Source of the DNA: Mobula hypostoma
Lineage: Eukaryota
DNA: 64,000 bases
Assembly (NCBI RefSeq): GCF_963921235.1
Contig: NC_086097.1
Coordinates: forward strand, 137,332,001-137,396,000
Direction of reading: 5' to 3'
Position 1 is the stretch's first letter. The number at the start of each line of letters is the position of its first letter. This document shows positions 1 through 13,064 of this stretch, in pieces. The notes under the pieces are model-generated. The model ran no database searches, had not been told where the DNA came from, and worked only from the letters and a program-made list of their open reading frames with translations. The translations under genes were made by a program, and so were the position numbers.

Positions 1-132
1 TAGGATTTCACCATGGCAATACTAGCATCTTTTTTTAGACACAACAATTTCCTGATACTTGATTTCAATTGATTTATAGGGTCAGGTTGCGTCCTTAACA
101 ATACAATCTATGCTTAAAACGTTCTTTGATCT

Positions 133-365
133 CAAAAGCAGATGCTGCAAGAACTCATTGGGACACAGTGCATTTGTGCAGGCAAAAGGTGAAAATCAAT
201 GTTTCAGATTGAGACCCTGTATCAGGACTGAGAGGAAAGAGGGAAGACTGCCAAGTAAATTAAGAGTCAATCTACGCCTTTTTCCACCACAGATGCTGCC
301 TGACCCACTGAGGTCTTACAGCATTCAGATTTCTGCTCCAGATCCCAGCATTGCCAGTCTCTTTT
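133..365. mobile_element. Decayed Penelope-derived inverted (head-to-head) terminal-repeat fragment
   Basis: Left arm gaactca...gagaccctgtatcaggactg and right arm agatgctgcctgacccactgag resemble the PLE termini at 28725 and 49985 in opposite orientations. Confidence 0.6.
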
Positions 366-419
366 GTCTTCATTCTTTCACCTCACCCTTCTTCACACAG
401 TTACAGGCAGAACCCTTCC

Positions 420-745
420 TACTATCAAAACAACATCTTCAAGAGTTGGTGCTTCAAGAAGATGGCATTCATCACGAAGGACCCTTACCATCTGGCACAT
501 GTCCTCATCTCACTGATTATCATCAGGGAGCCTTAAGATCCACACTCAGTGATTTAGAAACACCTTCTTCCCCTCCACCATCAGAGTTCTGAACAGTCCA
601 CCAACACTACCTTGTTTTTTTTTGCTGCACTATTTTGTTTTGGAACTTAGAGTAATTTTATTCCTTTGTGCTGTATTGCTGTAGCAAAGCAAAACAAAAA
701 TTCACATCATATAAGACAATGATGATGAATCTGATTCTGATTTTC
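420..745 (+). mobile_element. Rex1/Babar-like LINE 3' fragment
   Basis: Encodes a decayed ITKDPYHLAHVL...RNTFFPSTI C-terminus and ends in a ctgatt tail; similar copies at 41910 and 55478. Confidence 0.6.
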
Positions 746-1149
746 TGCAACTCCCATGACCTTCCTATCCTGGCCTCCTCCGCACACCCTGCATTTCCAT
801 CAACCCACTAATGAAAGCTGTTTCTCCAGCTCCCTCTCCATAAACCCTGGCGTGCCCTCCCTCAACCGTACTTTGTCTTTTATGCTTAAACCCTATCACT
901 AATCAACAGCAATCTCTCCAACAGACTTGATGTCAAACTTTGTCTGCTAATGCTCCACTGATGGACCCGGCACCATTTTACTACACTCTAAGGTACAAGG
1001 TATTGTTCTTTGTAGCACAAGAGAATTCCAAGAAACCTCAAGCTACTAAACTCAAAACTGAGAGAAACTGAAAGTCAGTTCTTGCACAGTTAATAATAAT
1101 CCATTAATTACACAAAGATAGAAGGAAGATTATGTGCTTCTTGAAGGGA

Positions 1150-3940
1150 ATTAGCATAGTTAGAAAATTGGCTGATTGGTAAAAGGAAGTGAGTTGGAAT
1201 AAAGGAGGCCTATTCTGGCTGGCTGCCAATGACAATGGTTTTCTGCAGGGGTCGGTATTGAAACCACTTCTTTTCATGTTATATGTTGATAAATTGGATG
1301 ACAGAACTGATGGCTTTGTCACCAAGTTTGCAGATGATACAAAGAAAGATGAAAACAGGGAGTCTGCAGAAGGCTTTAGACAGATTAGAAGAATGAGCAA
1401 AGAAGTGGCAGATGGAATATAGTGTACAGAAGATTAAGGTCATGCATTTTGGTAGAAGGAATAAAGATGTAGACTATTTTTGAAAAGGGGAGAAAATTAA
1501 AAAATCAGAGGTGCAAAGGGACTTGTGCAGGAATCCCTAAAGGTTAATTTGCAGGTTGCATCGGTGATAAGGAAGGTGAACACAATGTTACCATTCATTT
1601 GGAGAGGACTTGAAGACAGAAATGGGTGAAATTATTATGGGGAACAAGGAAATGGCGGACAAGCTGAACAGGTACTTTGGATCTGTCTTCACTAGGGAAG
1701 ACACAAACAATCTCCCAGATGTAATAATGGCCAGAGGACCTAGGGTAACAGAGGAACTGAAGGAAATTCACATCAGGCAGAAAATGGTGTTGGGTAAACT
1801 GATGGGACTGAAGATTGATAAATCCCCAGGGCCTGATGGTCTGCATCCCAGGCTAGGTGGTGGCTCTAGAAATCGTGGACGCATTGGTAATCATTTTCCA
1901 ATGTTCTATAGATTCAGGATCAGTTCCTGCGGATTGGAGGGTAGCTAATGTTATCCCACTTTTTAAGAAAGGAGGGAGAGAGAAAACAGGCAATTGTAGA
2001 CCAGTTAGTCTGACATCAGTGGTGGGGAAGATGCTGGAGTCAATTATAAAAGATATAATAGCAGCATATTTGGATAGCAGTGGCAGGATAGGTCCGAGTC
2101 AGCATGGATTTACGAAGGGGAAATCATGCTTGACTAATCTTCTGGAATTTTTTGAGAATGTGACTATGAAAATGGACATGGGAAAGCCAGTGGATGTAGT
2201 GTACCTGGACTTTCAGAAAGCCTTTGATAAGGTCCCACATAGCAGGTTAGTGGGCAAAATTAGGGCACATGGTATTGGGGGTAGGGTACTGACATGGATA
2301 GAAAATTGGCTGGCTGACAGGAAACAAAGAGTAGGGATTAACGGGTCCTTTTCAGAATGGCAGGCAGTGACTAGTGGAGTACCGCAAGGCTCGGTGCTGG
2401 GACCGCAGCTATTTACAATATACATTAATGATTTAAATGAAGGGATTAAAAGTAACATTAGCAAATTTGCAGATGACACAAAGCTGGGTGGCAGTGTGAA
2501 ATGTGAGGAGGATGTTATGAGAATGCAGGGTGACTTGGGCAGGTTGGGTGAGTGGGCAGATGCATGGAAGATGCAGTTTAATGTGGATAAATGTGAGGTT
2601 ATGCACTTTGGTGGCAAGAACAGGAAGGCAGATTACTATCTGAATGGTGTCAAGTTAGGAAAAGGGGAAGTACAATGAGATCTAGGTGTCCTTGTTCATC
2701 AGTCACTGAAAGTAAGCATGCAGGTACAGCAGGCAGTGAAGAAAGTTAGTGGCATGCTGGCCTTCATAACAAGGGGAGTTGAGTATAGGAGCAAAGAGGT
2801 CCTTCTGCAGTTGTACAGGGCCCTGGTGAGACCACACCTGGAGTATTGTGTACAGTTTTGGTCTCCAAATTTGAGGAAGGACATTCTTGCTATTGAGAGA
2901 GTGCAGCGTAGGTTCACGAGGTTAATTCCCAGGATGGCGGGACTGTCATATGTTGAAAGATTGGAGCGACTGGAGTTTTATACACTGGAATTTAGAAGAA
3001 TGAGAGGGGATCTGATTGAAACATATAATATTATTAAGGGATTGGACACGCTAGAGGCAGGAAACATGTTCCCAATGTTGGGGGAGTCCAGAACCAGAGG
3101 CCACAGTTTAAGAATAAGGGGTAGACAATTTAGAACGGAGTTGAGAAAAAACTTTTTCACCCAGAGAGTTGTGGATCTGTGGAATGCTCTGCCTCAGAAG
3201 GCAGTGGAGGCCAATTCTCTGGATTCTTTCAAAAAAGAGTTAGATAGAGCTCTTAAAGATAGCAGAGTCAAGGGATATGGGGAGAAGGCAGGAACAGGGT
3301 ACTGATTGTGGATGATCAGCCATGATCACAGTGAATGGTGGTGCTGGCTCAAAGGGCTGAATGGCCTACTCCTGATCCTATTGTCTATTGTCTTGAATAA
3401 AAGAGCAAGGATGTGAAGCTGAGTTTTTTTAAGGTATTGGTCAGACCATATTTGGAGTATCATGAGCAGTTTTGGGCCCTTTTATCTAAGAAAAGTGTGC
3501 TGGCATTGGAAAGAGTCCAGAGGAGGTTCACAAGAATGATTCCAGGAATAAAAGGGTGAATGAATCAGGAGCGCTTGCTGGCTCTGGGCCTGTACTTGTT
3601 GGAACTTAGAAGAATGAGGGAGGAGGAGATTTCATTTGACACCTGTTGAATATTGAAAGGCCTGGGTAGAGTGGATGTGGAGAGGATGTTTCCTGTAGTG
3701 GGTGAGTCTACGACCAGAGGGCACAGCCTCAGAATAGAGGGACATCCATTCGGATCGGAGATATACCCAGTCATTGGGTATATTTAAAGCAGAGGTTGAT
3801 AGGTTCTTGGTTAGTCAGGGTGTCAAAGGTTACAGGGAGAAGGCAGAAGAATGGGGTTGAGGGGGATAACCAAGCAGCCATGATGGAATGGTGGAGCAGC
3901 TTAAGGGCTCAGTCGCCTAATTCTGCTCTCATGTCTTATG
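1150..3940 (+). mobile_element. Older CR1-type LINE (RT and 3' UTR), split by the younger CR1 at 1615-3391
   Basis: QGSVLKPLLF...KFADDTK at 1189-1422; the sequence resumes at 3392 (gaataaaagagcaaggatg...) and ends in gtcttatgg near 3940. Confidence 0.85.
1615..3391 (+). mobile_element. Younger 5'-truncated CR1 LINE ORF2 (RT) with 3' tail
   Basis: KSPGPDGLHP, YLDFQKAFDKVPH, GVPQGSVLGP, KFADDTK, RPHLEYCVQFWSP; tattgtc repeat tail; flanked by cttgaa at 1609-1614 and 3392-3397. Confidence 0.95.
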
Positions 3941-3959
3941 GGATTTATACATAGGTTTG

Positions 3960-4325
3960 CCAATAAAGACACACATCCCGGATATTCTCTCTTCTCACCC
4001 CTCCCATAGGGCAGAAGATATAAAAGTCTGAAAGCACGCACCACCAGGCTAAAGGACAGCTTCTATCCCACTGTTATAAAGCCTTTAAACAATTCCACAG
4101 AAAAATAAAATGGACTTGACCTCACAATTTACCTCGTTATGTCCTTCCGCCTTATTGTCTCCCTGCACTGCACTTTCCCGGTAAATGTATCATTTCATTT
4201 TGCACTTTGTTATTGTTTTATCTTGTACTAACTTGCATTGCTGTAATAAATCAATCTGCATGAACATAAAGCAAGTCGTTTTTCATCGTACCTTGGTACA
4301 CGTGACAATAATGAACCAATTTACC
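3960..4325 (+). mobile_element. Rex/Babar-like LINE 3' fragment
   Basis: IIKTHIPDIL...GRRYKSLKARTTRLKDSFYPTVI-like remnant followed by the 3' tail; a reverse copy of the tail lies at 63880-64000. Confidence 0.6.
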
Positions 4326-5832
4326 AAAAAGGTGCCGTGTTCTGAGTAATCTTACTAAAGAGCTGTTGCCCTATCATCTCTGTATGTGTGTTCCACTTTG
4401 ACAGCTCTCCCAAGCAGATGAGTGCTGGAGAGAATAAAAGATTAATGTAATTTTAGAATCAGGCTGAAACCGAAGAGACAAGCCAATTAATAACAGTGCG
4501 TCAACGTCAGCTGAAATTACTGCCTGAGATTACATCTGCTTTCCTATCGTCGCTGAGAATAAGCTCAAGTGAAGCGTTGACGGGAAGCAGGACCAAGTGA
4601 GAATGTCAGCTAATACAGAGACTTCCTAATGCATTTATAAACGTGAAAGATGACATCCAACATCCAAACTGACATGAACGAAAATAGAAATGCTTGAAGC
4701 TGTATTAGTTTTCCTTCCCTATTTCTCATTATGTTATGTATGCACTAGTATACACACAGTTGTGGATACACATATACAATATAAAACAGTACAGACCCTT
4801 CAGCCCATGATATCTTTCTGACCTTATAACCTAGTTTAAGATCAATCTAATCTAACCTTTCCCTCCCACATAGCCCTCCATTTTTTGTATCATTCATGTG
4901 CTTATCTAAGAGTTTCTTAAATGTCCCTAATGTATTTGCCCCTACCACCACACTTGGCAGAGGATTCCACACACCCATCACTCCCTGTGCAAAACAATTC
5001 ACCTCTGACATCCTCCTTATACTTTCTTCCAATCTCCTTAAAACTATGTATTAGTCATTTCCATACTGGGGGAAAAATCTGACTATGCCTCTTATCATCT
5101 GTATACCTCTCATTCTCATTTGCTCCAAAGAGAAAACCCCTAGCTCACTCAGTCTATCCTCATAAGACGTGCCCTCTAGACCTGGTAGCATGGTGCTGTA
5201 TCTCCTCTGCAGCCTCTCTAAAGCTTCCACATGCTTCCTATAATTGTCAGGCAGGTATATAGCCAAGTCCCCACCCAACTAACAGGAATCATCTGCCACT
5301 TGTTTCCAATGTATCACCGGCAGCCTATTTAAACCCAGCTCTCAGCCACAGTCCTTGTTCACCCATTGGACCAATCAGCCCCAGCCAGATGTTCTGGGCC
5401 TTCAGTTCCCTCGTAGCCACGATGCGTTAAGTATCTGCTCTCTCTTGTTTTGTGGCCCAATCTGGTTTGTTATTTTACAGATTTTTTGAAGTGGTCACTC
5501 ATTGCTAAATTGATACTGCTTGCTTCACATTTGGGTCAAGACTTCTCTAAATTTCCTGGCAGGATGGGTGAACCCATGATTGGCCCAGGCAGAGAATGCT
5601 CATCGAAAGGAAGTTGCTTGCTGATATGAGTGCACAATCCAAAAACAGCAGGAATCCACTGACCATCTGTACGACACTCTCAACCAACTCTCCGCCTCAT
5701 TACAGCTACCCCATGCCAGTCAACCCTTTCCCTTACAGCCCCAGATTTCAGGGCCGAATGCTTCAACAGATTCCCCAACTTCGAGTCTCCGTCTGTATTG
5801 CACTTCAAGATGCAGCCATCGCTGTATACCAT

Positions 5833-8080
5833 GGACCCTCACACTCGATACTGGATTACACTGTGGGATTCAGGACCCTCACGCTCATTACTGGATTACA
5901 CTGTGGGATTCAGGACCCTCACACTCGGTACTGGATTACACTGTGGGATTCAGGACCCTCACGCTCGTTACTGGATTACACTGTGGGATTCAGGACCCTC
6001 ACGCTCAGTACTGGATTACACTGTGGGATTCAGGACCCTCACGCTCATTACTGGATTACACTGTGGGATTCAGGACCCTCACACTCGGTACTGGATCACA
6101 CTGTGGGATTCAGGATCCTCACACTCGGTACTGGATTACACTGTGGGATTCAGGACCCTCACACTCGGTGCTGGATTACACTGTGGGATTCAGGACCCTC
6201 ACACAAGTTACTGGATCACACTGTGTGATTCAGGACCCTCACACTCGGTACTGGATTACACTGTGTGATTCAGGACCCTCACGCTCATTACTGGATTACA
6301 CTGTGGGATTCAGGACCCTCACACTCATTACTGGATTACACTGTGGGATTCAGGACCCTCACGCTCATTACTGGATTACACTGTGGGATTCAGGACCCTC
6401 ACGCTCATTACTGGATTACACTGTGGGATTCAGGACCCTCACACTCATTACTGGATTACACTGTGGGATTCAGGACCCTCATGCTCATTACTGGATTACA
6501 CGATGAGATTCAGGACCCTCACGCTCGGTACTGGATTACAGGGTGAGATTCAGGACCCTCACGCTCGGTACTGGATTACATTGTGGGATTCAGGACCCTC
6601 ACACTCGGTACTGGATTACACGGTGGGATTCAGGACCCTCACACTCGGTACTGGATCACACTGTGGGATTCAGGATCCTCACACTCGGTACTGGATTACA
6701 CTGTGGGATTCAGGACCCTCACACTCGGTGCTGGATTACACTGTGGGATTCAGGACCCTCACGCTTGGTACTGGATTACACTGTGGGATTCAGGACCCTC
6801 ACGCTCGTTACTGGATTACACTGTGGGATTCAGGACCCTCACGCTCGGTACTGGATTACACGGTGAGATTCAGGACCCTCACACAAATTACTGGATTACA
6901 CTGTGAGATTCAGGACCTTCACACTCGATACTGGATTACACTGTGGGATTCAGGACCCTCACGCTCATTACTGAATTACACTGTGGGATTCTGGACTCTC
7001 ACACTCGATACTGGATTACACTGTGGGATTCAGGACCCTCACATTCGGTACTGGATTACACTGTGAGATTCAGGACCCTCACGCTCGGTACTGGATTACA
7101 CTGTGAGATTCAGGACCCTCACGCTCATTACTGGATTACACTGTGGGATTCAGGACCCTCACACTCGGTACTGGATTACACTGTGGGATTCAGGACCCTC
7201 ACGCTCATTACTGGATTACACTGTGGGATTCAGGACCCTCACACTCGGTACTGGATTACACTGTGGGATTCAGGACCCTCACGCTCATTACCGGATTACA
7301 CTGTAGGATTCAGGACCCTCACACTCAGTACTGGATTACACTGTGGGATTCAGGACCCTCACGCTCATTACTGGATTACGCTGTGGGATTCAGGACCCTC
7401 ACACTCATTACTGGATTACACTGTGGGATTCAGGACCCTCACGCTCATTACTGGATTATACTGTGGGATTCAGGACCCTCACGCTCATTACTGGATTACA
7501 CTGTGGGATTCAAGACCCTCACACTCGGTGCTTGATCACACTGTGGGATTCAGGACTCTCACACTCGGTACTGGATTACACTGTGGGATTCAGGACCCTC
7601 ACGCTCATTACTGGATTATACTGTGGGCTTCAGGACCCTCACACTCGGTACTGGATTACACTGTGGGATTCAGGACCCTCATGCTCATTACCGGATTACA
7701 CTGTAGGATTCAGGACCCTCACACTCAGTACTGGATTACACTGTGGGATTCAGGACCCTCACGCTCATTACTGGATTATACTGTGGGCTTCAGGACCCTC
7801 ACACTCGGTACTGGATTACACTGTGGGATTCAGGACCCTCATGCTCATTACCGGATTACACTGTAGGATTCAGGACCCTCACACTCAGTACTGGATTACA
7901 CTGTGGGATTCAGGACCCTCACGCTCATTACTGGATTACACTGTGGGATTCAGGACCCTCACACTCATTACTGGATTACACTGTAGGATTCAGGACCCTC
8001 ACACTCAGTACTGGATTACACTGTGGGATTCAGGACTCACACTCGGTACTGGATTACACTGTGGGATTCAGGACCCTCAC
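5833..8080 (+). repeat. Minisatellite, about 56 copies of a 40-bp unit (ggaccctcacRctcRKtactggattacactgtgggattca)
   Basis: Strict 40-bp periodicity is directly visible, with one 2-bp deletion near 8036. Confidence 0.99.
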
Positions 8081-8920
8081 AATGCTACTTTTACCATCAC
8101 AGACTCTCAGACCAATTGAAAGACAAGTTGTCTACCCTGACGATGCCCATCGACCTCGAAAGCCTTATCACTCTAGTCCTCCGAATTGACAAGAGTCTTG
8201 TGGAACGACCCTTCAGATCATCATCTCGAACCCCAATTTCATTCCCAGAATCACTTCAGGCCACAAGACCCTCATTATTAGTGCCTCCAGTACCCAAGCA
8301 CTTATGGAGAGCTCCCTAACTCCCCAAGCGTGGGAGCATCAGTGGAGAAACAATTTGTACACTCACTGTGGAGCCACTGAACACTCGTGCATCAAATGCC
8401 CACTGCACCCAGGAAAACAGCATCACCAGGTAGAGACAAGAGGCCTTCTCTCTGGTTGTCTCCCTCCACACCCTCATTCCAGTAGCATGAGCCATCTCAC
8501 TTTGTCTTCCTCCACATCCCAACCGCTCTCTGCACGCGGCTGATGGTGCTGGAGTCTGGCACAGCAGGGAACTTTCTGAACCAGCAGTGACAGCTTGGAC
8601 TCCCTACTGAGCCTTTCTCTTATTTCCGTATTACAGCCACCGACAGACATCCCTTGGGTCTACACACACGCACGTGTCCTGTGCACATAAGCATTGGAGA
8701 GCACTCAAGTCCATCCAAGAACTCTTTATTGACCCACCCAATTCTAACCCTGGCTCTCCACTCATGACCCTCACTTCACCTGGCCACCTGGTTCACTATT
8801 GAATTGGAGATGCTCACCCACCTCAAAAGCCTCATCATGACCCTCACTTCATCCCATAGATCCGTGGAGATGGAGGAAACTTTCGACCTGACCAAACTCC
8901 CACAGGAAACCACGACTTAA

Positions 8921-9389
8921 GGCTGATTTATACTTCTGTGTCAAATCGACGCCGTAGCCTACGCGTGGTGTGAGCATCTATACTTGTGTGTTGGTGTGTC
9001 TACATCGCTCTGCAATTTACACACGTCACCCATGCGCACACACCTGCCCATGCAAGGCTTCATGGTCACAGTAGTCTTTCTCAGGGTAAACAAGTTTAAA
9101 GCAAGCGTCCTTTTTCGTAAAAGCGAAATGTGTCCTCCATAATTTCGGAGGTCTGTAAAGCTTTATGGAAAGCATTGCGGCCAGAGTTCCTTCCCTGCCC
9201 TTCAGTCGGCCAATGGGAAGCTATTGCAGCGTAGGATGAAATGCGATGCTACCAAGCAGACCAATCACAATCTGCATTGCCGCGACACGTAGTTACATTT
9301 TGTGAGAGGTGCGCGTCAGGTTACGGCACAGGGATCCGCGTAGGGTTCACGCCTATGCCGTATCTACAGCATCAAAGTATAAATCAGCC
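8921..9389. mobile_element. Non-autonomous DNA transposon (MITE) with 15-bp TIRs, nested in Gypsy pol
   Basis: Perfect TIRs ggctgatttatactt (8921-8935) and aagtataaatcagcc (9375-9389), with ttaa on both flanks. Confidence 0.9.
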
Positions 9390-12300
9390 TTAAGCCATCA
9401 CCTTCAGTAAAAGAGAGACCAGCATCCTGCTGCCTCACAGACCACATGACCGTGCAATCCATCACCTCCCAGGCACCACCCCTCCCCGAGGTCAGTCATT
9501 TGTTTTCTTCTCACCAACCCAGTTCCAAGAACACTACAGCGGACACCTTGTTCTGACAGTTTTATCCAGCTGAAATTGAGAGTGACTCTCAGCCCATCGT
9601 AGATCCTCGCCCTGGTCATTGAGATCTTGAGAACCAGATCCGCCAGGCCCTACACCATGAACCTGCTCTGGCCAATGCACCTGACAACTGCACGTACGTG
9701 CTGGCGACTGTGCACTCTTAGGCCTTTCAGTGGGCTCACTCCTCACTCACCAGCCATCCAGGCGTACAATGGATTCTGGATTTTTTGCAACGTCTGTTCC
9801 GGTCGCCCATCATGATCGCAAATGTACGTCAGTCCGTCTCTGCCTGTCCTCAATGTGCCCAGGCTAACTTCACCAACCAACAGCCCTCTGAGTTCTTGTG
9901 GCCCAACCCCCAGTGCCTGTGGTCCCACACCACCATGAATTTCATCATTGGTTTGCCACCTTCCGATGGGGCCACAGCAATCATGAGTGGTGGACTGGTT
10001 CTCCAAGGCAGCCCGCATCACTGCCCTCTCCAAAGTTCTGTCAGCCGCTGAGGCAGCGAACGCGGTTCACCCACGTGTGTTTGCCTCCACGATTTCTCCT
10101 GACTTTGTGTCAGACCAGGGCCCACAATTCTTCTCCCAAGGCTTCTGCTCTCTCCTTTGCACCTCTGAGTTTGTCCTCTGGCAATCATCCGCAGACCAGC
10201 AATCTGTCAGAAAGAGCCAATTAGCCGGTAAAAGAAGTTTCTGTGATGCATTGCTGCCTCTAACCCTTCCGGCTGTAAGAAATATCTGCTCTGGCTGAGC
10301 TGTCCCACAATTTACACACCAGCTTTGCCATGGGTTTGTCATCCTTTGAAATGCTTGATGGTTCCTTGCAGAGAAGCTGATGGTGGAGCTCCTGTCTGGT
10401 TTGCTGCTGTCGGAATACTTGGAAGAGGGCATGGAGGGCCACCCTGGCTGCTGACTGCGCTTCCTGCCACCAGGCCAACCACCAGCAGTGTCAGCCAGAC
10501 GATTCTGGCCTGTGGATAGTGTCTGGCTGTCTGCCCAAGATCTGTCCCTGCACATTGACTCCTGCAAGATCCACCCCGGTTCACTAGTTCCTTTACGATA
10601 ACCCATCACATCAATCCAGTCACTTACTGTCTCCAGCTGCCACTGTCCCTGAGGATCACACCTACCTTCCATGTGCCCTACCTCAAGCCCATGGTCCACT
10701 TAACCCACTTGAGCCTGCACCTTCATGGTGGAAGACAGTCCAGTGGTACACAGTTCACTAATTGATAGAGTCATGTCACTGTGGATGGGGTGTGCGTTAC
10801 CTGGTCAACTGGGAAGAGTATGGCCCGGAGGAGAGGCTTTGGTTGCTGTCCAGTATCACCTTGGACATCGCTCATCGAGGAGTTCCAGCACACCCATCTC
10901 GATCATCCTGGGCCGCCAGGTGCTGGCTGTAGGAGGGCGGAGTGAGGGGGTCCAGTCAGGCCTGCGTAGGCAGGTACCTCCCAGCTTCCAACCTGCTAAC
11001 AGGTATCATAATGTCCCAAGTGAGGCCTAACCAGGCTTTTAGAGAGCTGCAAGATTACCTCACAGCTCCTTAATTCAATACCCAAACCAATAAAGGACAA
11101 TACCCATACACCTTCTTAACAACTGTCAATGTTCACAGCAATTTGAAGGGATCTATGGACATGGAGACCAGGATCCCTCTGTTCCTCCGTACTGCTGGAA
11201 ATCCTGCCATTATCCCTGTATTCTCCCTTCAAAAGTGAATCTCTTCATGTTTCTGGGTTGAACTCCATCTGCCACTTCTTAGCCCAGCTCTGCATATTTT
11301 CAATGCCGTTATAACCTACCACAACCTTCTACACTACCCACAACTCTACCAGCCTTTGTGTAATCTGCTAATTTACAATCCCACCCTTCCAATTCCTCAT
11401 CCAAGTTATTTATAAAAAATCTCAAGAGCAGGGGTCCCAGAACAGCACCTCACAGAATACCACTGGTGACTGACCACCAGGCAAAAAAATGTTCCATTTA
11501 CAACCACCCTCTGCCCTCTGTGGGTAAGCCAAATCAGAATCCACACAGCCAAGTTTTCCTGGATCCCAGGCATCCTGACTTTCTGAATCAGCCTACCATG
11601 GGGAACCTTATCAAAAGCCATATAAAATTCCTATAGACCATATCCACTGCTCTACCTTCATCAATGTGCTCTGTCACACCCTCAAAGAATCCTATGCTCA
11701 TAAGGCCTGACCTACTCCTCACATGGCTGACCAACCCTAATCAGAGTCTGCTTCTCCCAATGCTCCTAAATCCTGTCTCAAAGAATTTTTGTCAATAACT
11801 TGCCCACCACTAAAGACTCACTGGGTTATATATTCCCAGGGTTATCCCTACTCCCTTTCTTGAACAAAGAAATAGCATCTGCACTCATGTACACAGAAGC
11901 ATGGGCATAAACATTTTATTAGTCGCTTTTGTAACTAATTCATACACATCTTCCACTCCTTAGAAATACACCCCAAGATCCTCAGATTCTTGACACAGAG
12001 AGACTGCAAAGAAGATATTTTCTGAATTTAAAGACGTCAATTATTTTCCGCTCTGGAGAAAATACAAGACTGCAATGCTGGAATCTGGAGCAAAATAAAA
12101 CTGCTAGAGGAACTCAGGTCAGGCAGCATCTTTAGGAGGAAATGGACAGTTGTCAAGAACCTTCATCTAGACATTGTTATATTTGGCATCTGTAAAACTA
12201 GAAGATATCAATGAGAAAAGGGCTAATATGCAAACTGACTATCTGTTTGTCGATAACATACACACTAATGTAGTATCTGCCCAGAAGCTAGCTTTTATAT

Positions 12301-13064
12301 AAAAACTGTTAGTCAAGTAGATTGTCCACATAGGACATTTTCAGCATAAAATATATAGTATTACCATTGGGATGAAATATGTGTGTTATATTGGCTTATG
12401 ATCTACCTTTCAATTGATATAACAGAAGGAAGAACTTTCTCAGGAACGGACCGATGTGCCAATATTGCATAGTGAAGTTGCAGTCCCCAGGTTTCTGCAG
12501 TCTCTTGCACTTTCTGTGACCTGACAGGGTGAGCCTTTTGAAATCCAGACATTCTTTAAATATCATACAACCCATACAACTGAAAAGTGATTCATTTATT
12601 CTATTGTTGTAATAGCAGCCCAGATTTGGGGCTCAGTGCCCTTAGAATTTCTGCAGCATCTTATGGTAGTAATAACCTTTGGGTAACTTCACAACTGTGT
12701 TTGAACATTGAGTTTATTCACAATTTCTGGGGTCTGCAGAAGTTAAAGATCAAGTTCTAAGATGCTGCTGCAAATCTAACAAATTGTGATTATTAGAACA
12801 TCATTTGGACTTTTTAAACTGTTACAAACTATTGGAAATGCAGATGGGGTGGGGTGGGGATTGCTTGATAAATGAAAATCTTCTAACAAATGGGCCACTT
12901 CATGTCCAATTGCCTACAGGACTGAAGAGCACCAGTACAGGTGACCTTTGGTGGAAGAGGCTGGAGGCAGTTGCCATGAGCTGCTACCTCCAGAATTTGT
13001 CCAAGACAAAAATTAGACATTTTTTTTAAATCAAAGAATTGCTGATGGTGAAAATCTGAACTAA

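Larger units (their letters stand above)
5245..11009 (+). mobile_element. Decayed Ty3/Gypsy chromovirus (Sushi-like) LTR retrotransposon
   Basis: 5' LTR about 5245-5561 (TGTCA start, TATTTAAA). Gag (LSDQLKDKL...LESLITLVLRID; decayed zinc knuckle THCGATEHSCIKCP); protease LESGTAGNF near 8549; RT start only (LPHRPHD...PGTTPPRG) joined to the RNase H end, so most of RT/RNase H is deleted. Integrase (CPQCAQ, WSHTTMNFIIGLPPS, VDWFSK); chromodomain RYLVNWEEYGPEER near 10795; purine tract 10931-10950; truncated 3' LTR 10954-11009. Confidence 0.88.
4770..11880 (-). mobile_element. CR1 LINE remnant, interrupted at 5245-11009 by the Gypsy element
   Basis: 3' end and C-terminal ORF2 at 4770-5244; RT continues at 11010-11880 (AFDKVPHGRLIQK). 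Confidence 0.85.

Noticed and set aside
5833..8080. CRISPR-like array (constant part plus variable segment)
   Set aside because: The variable part is only a few recurring point variants, not unique spacers; eukaryotic context with no cas genes.
5596..8189. Many overlapping long ORFs as host genes
   Set aside because: By-product of a stop-free 40-bp unit inside a dead gag.
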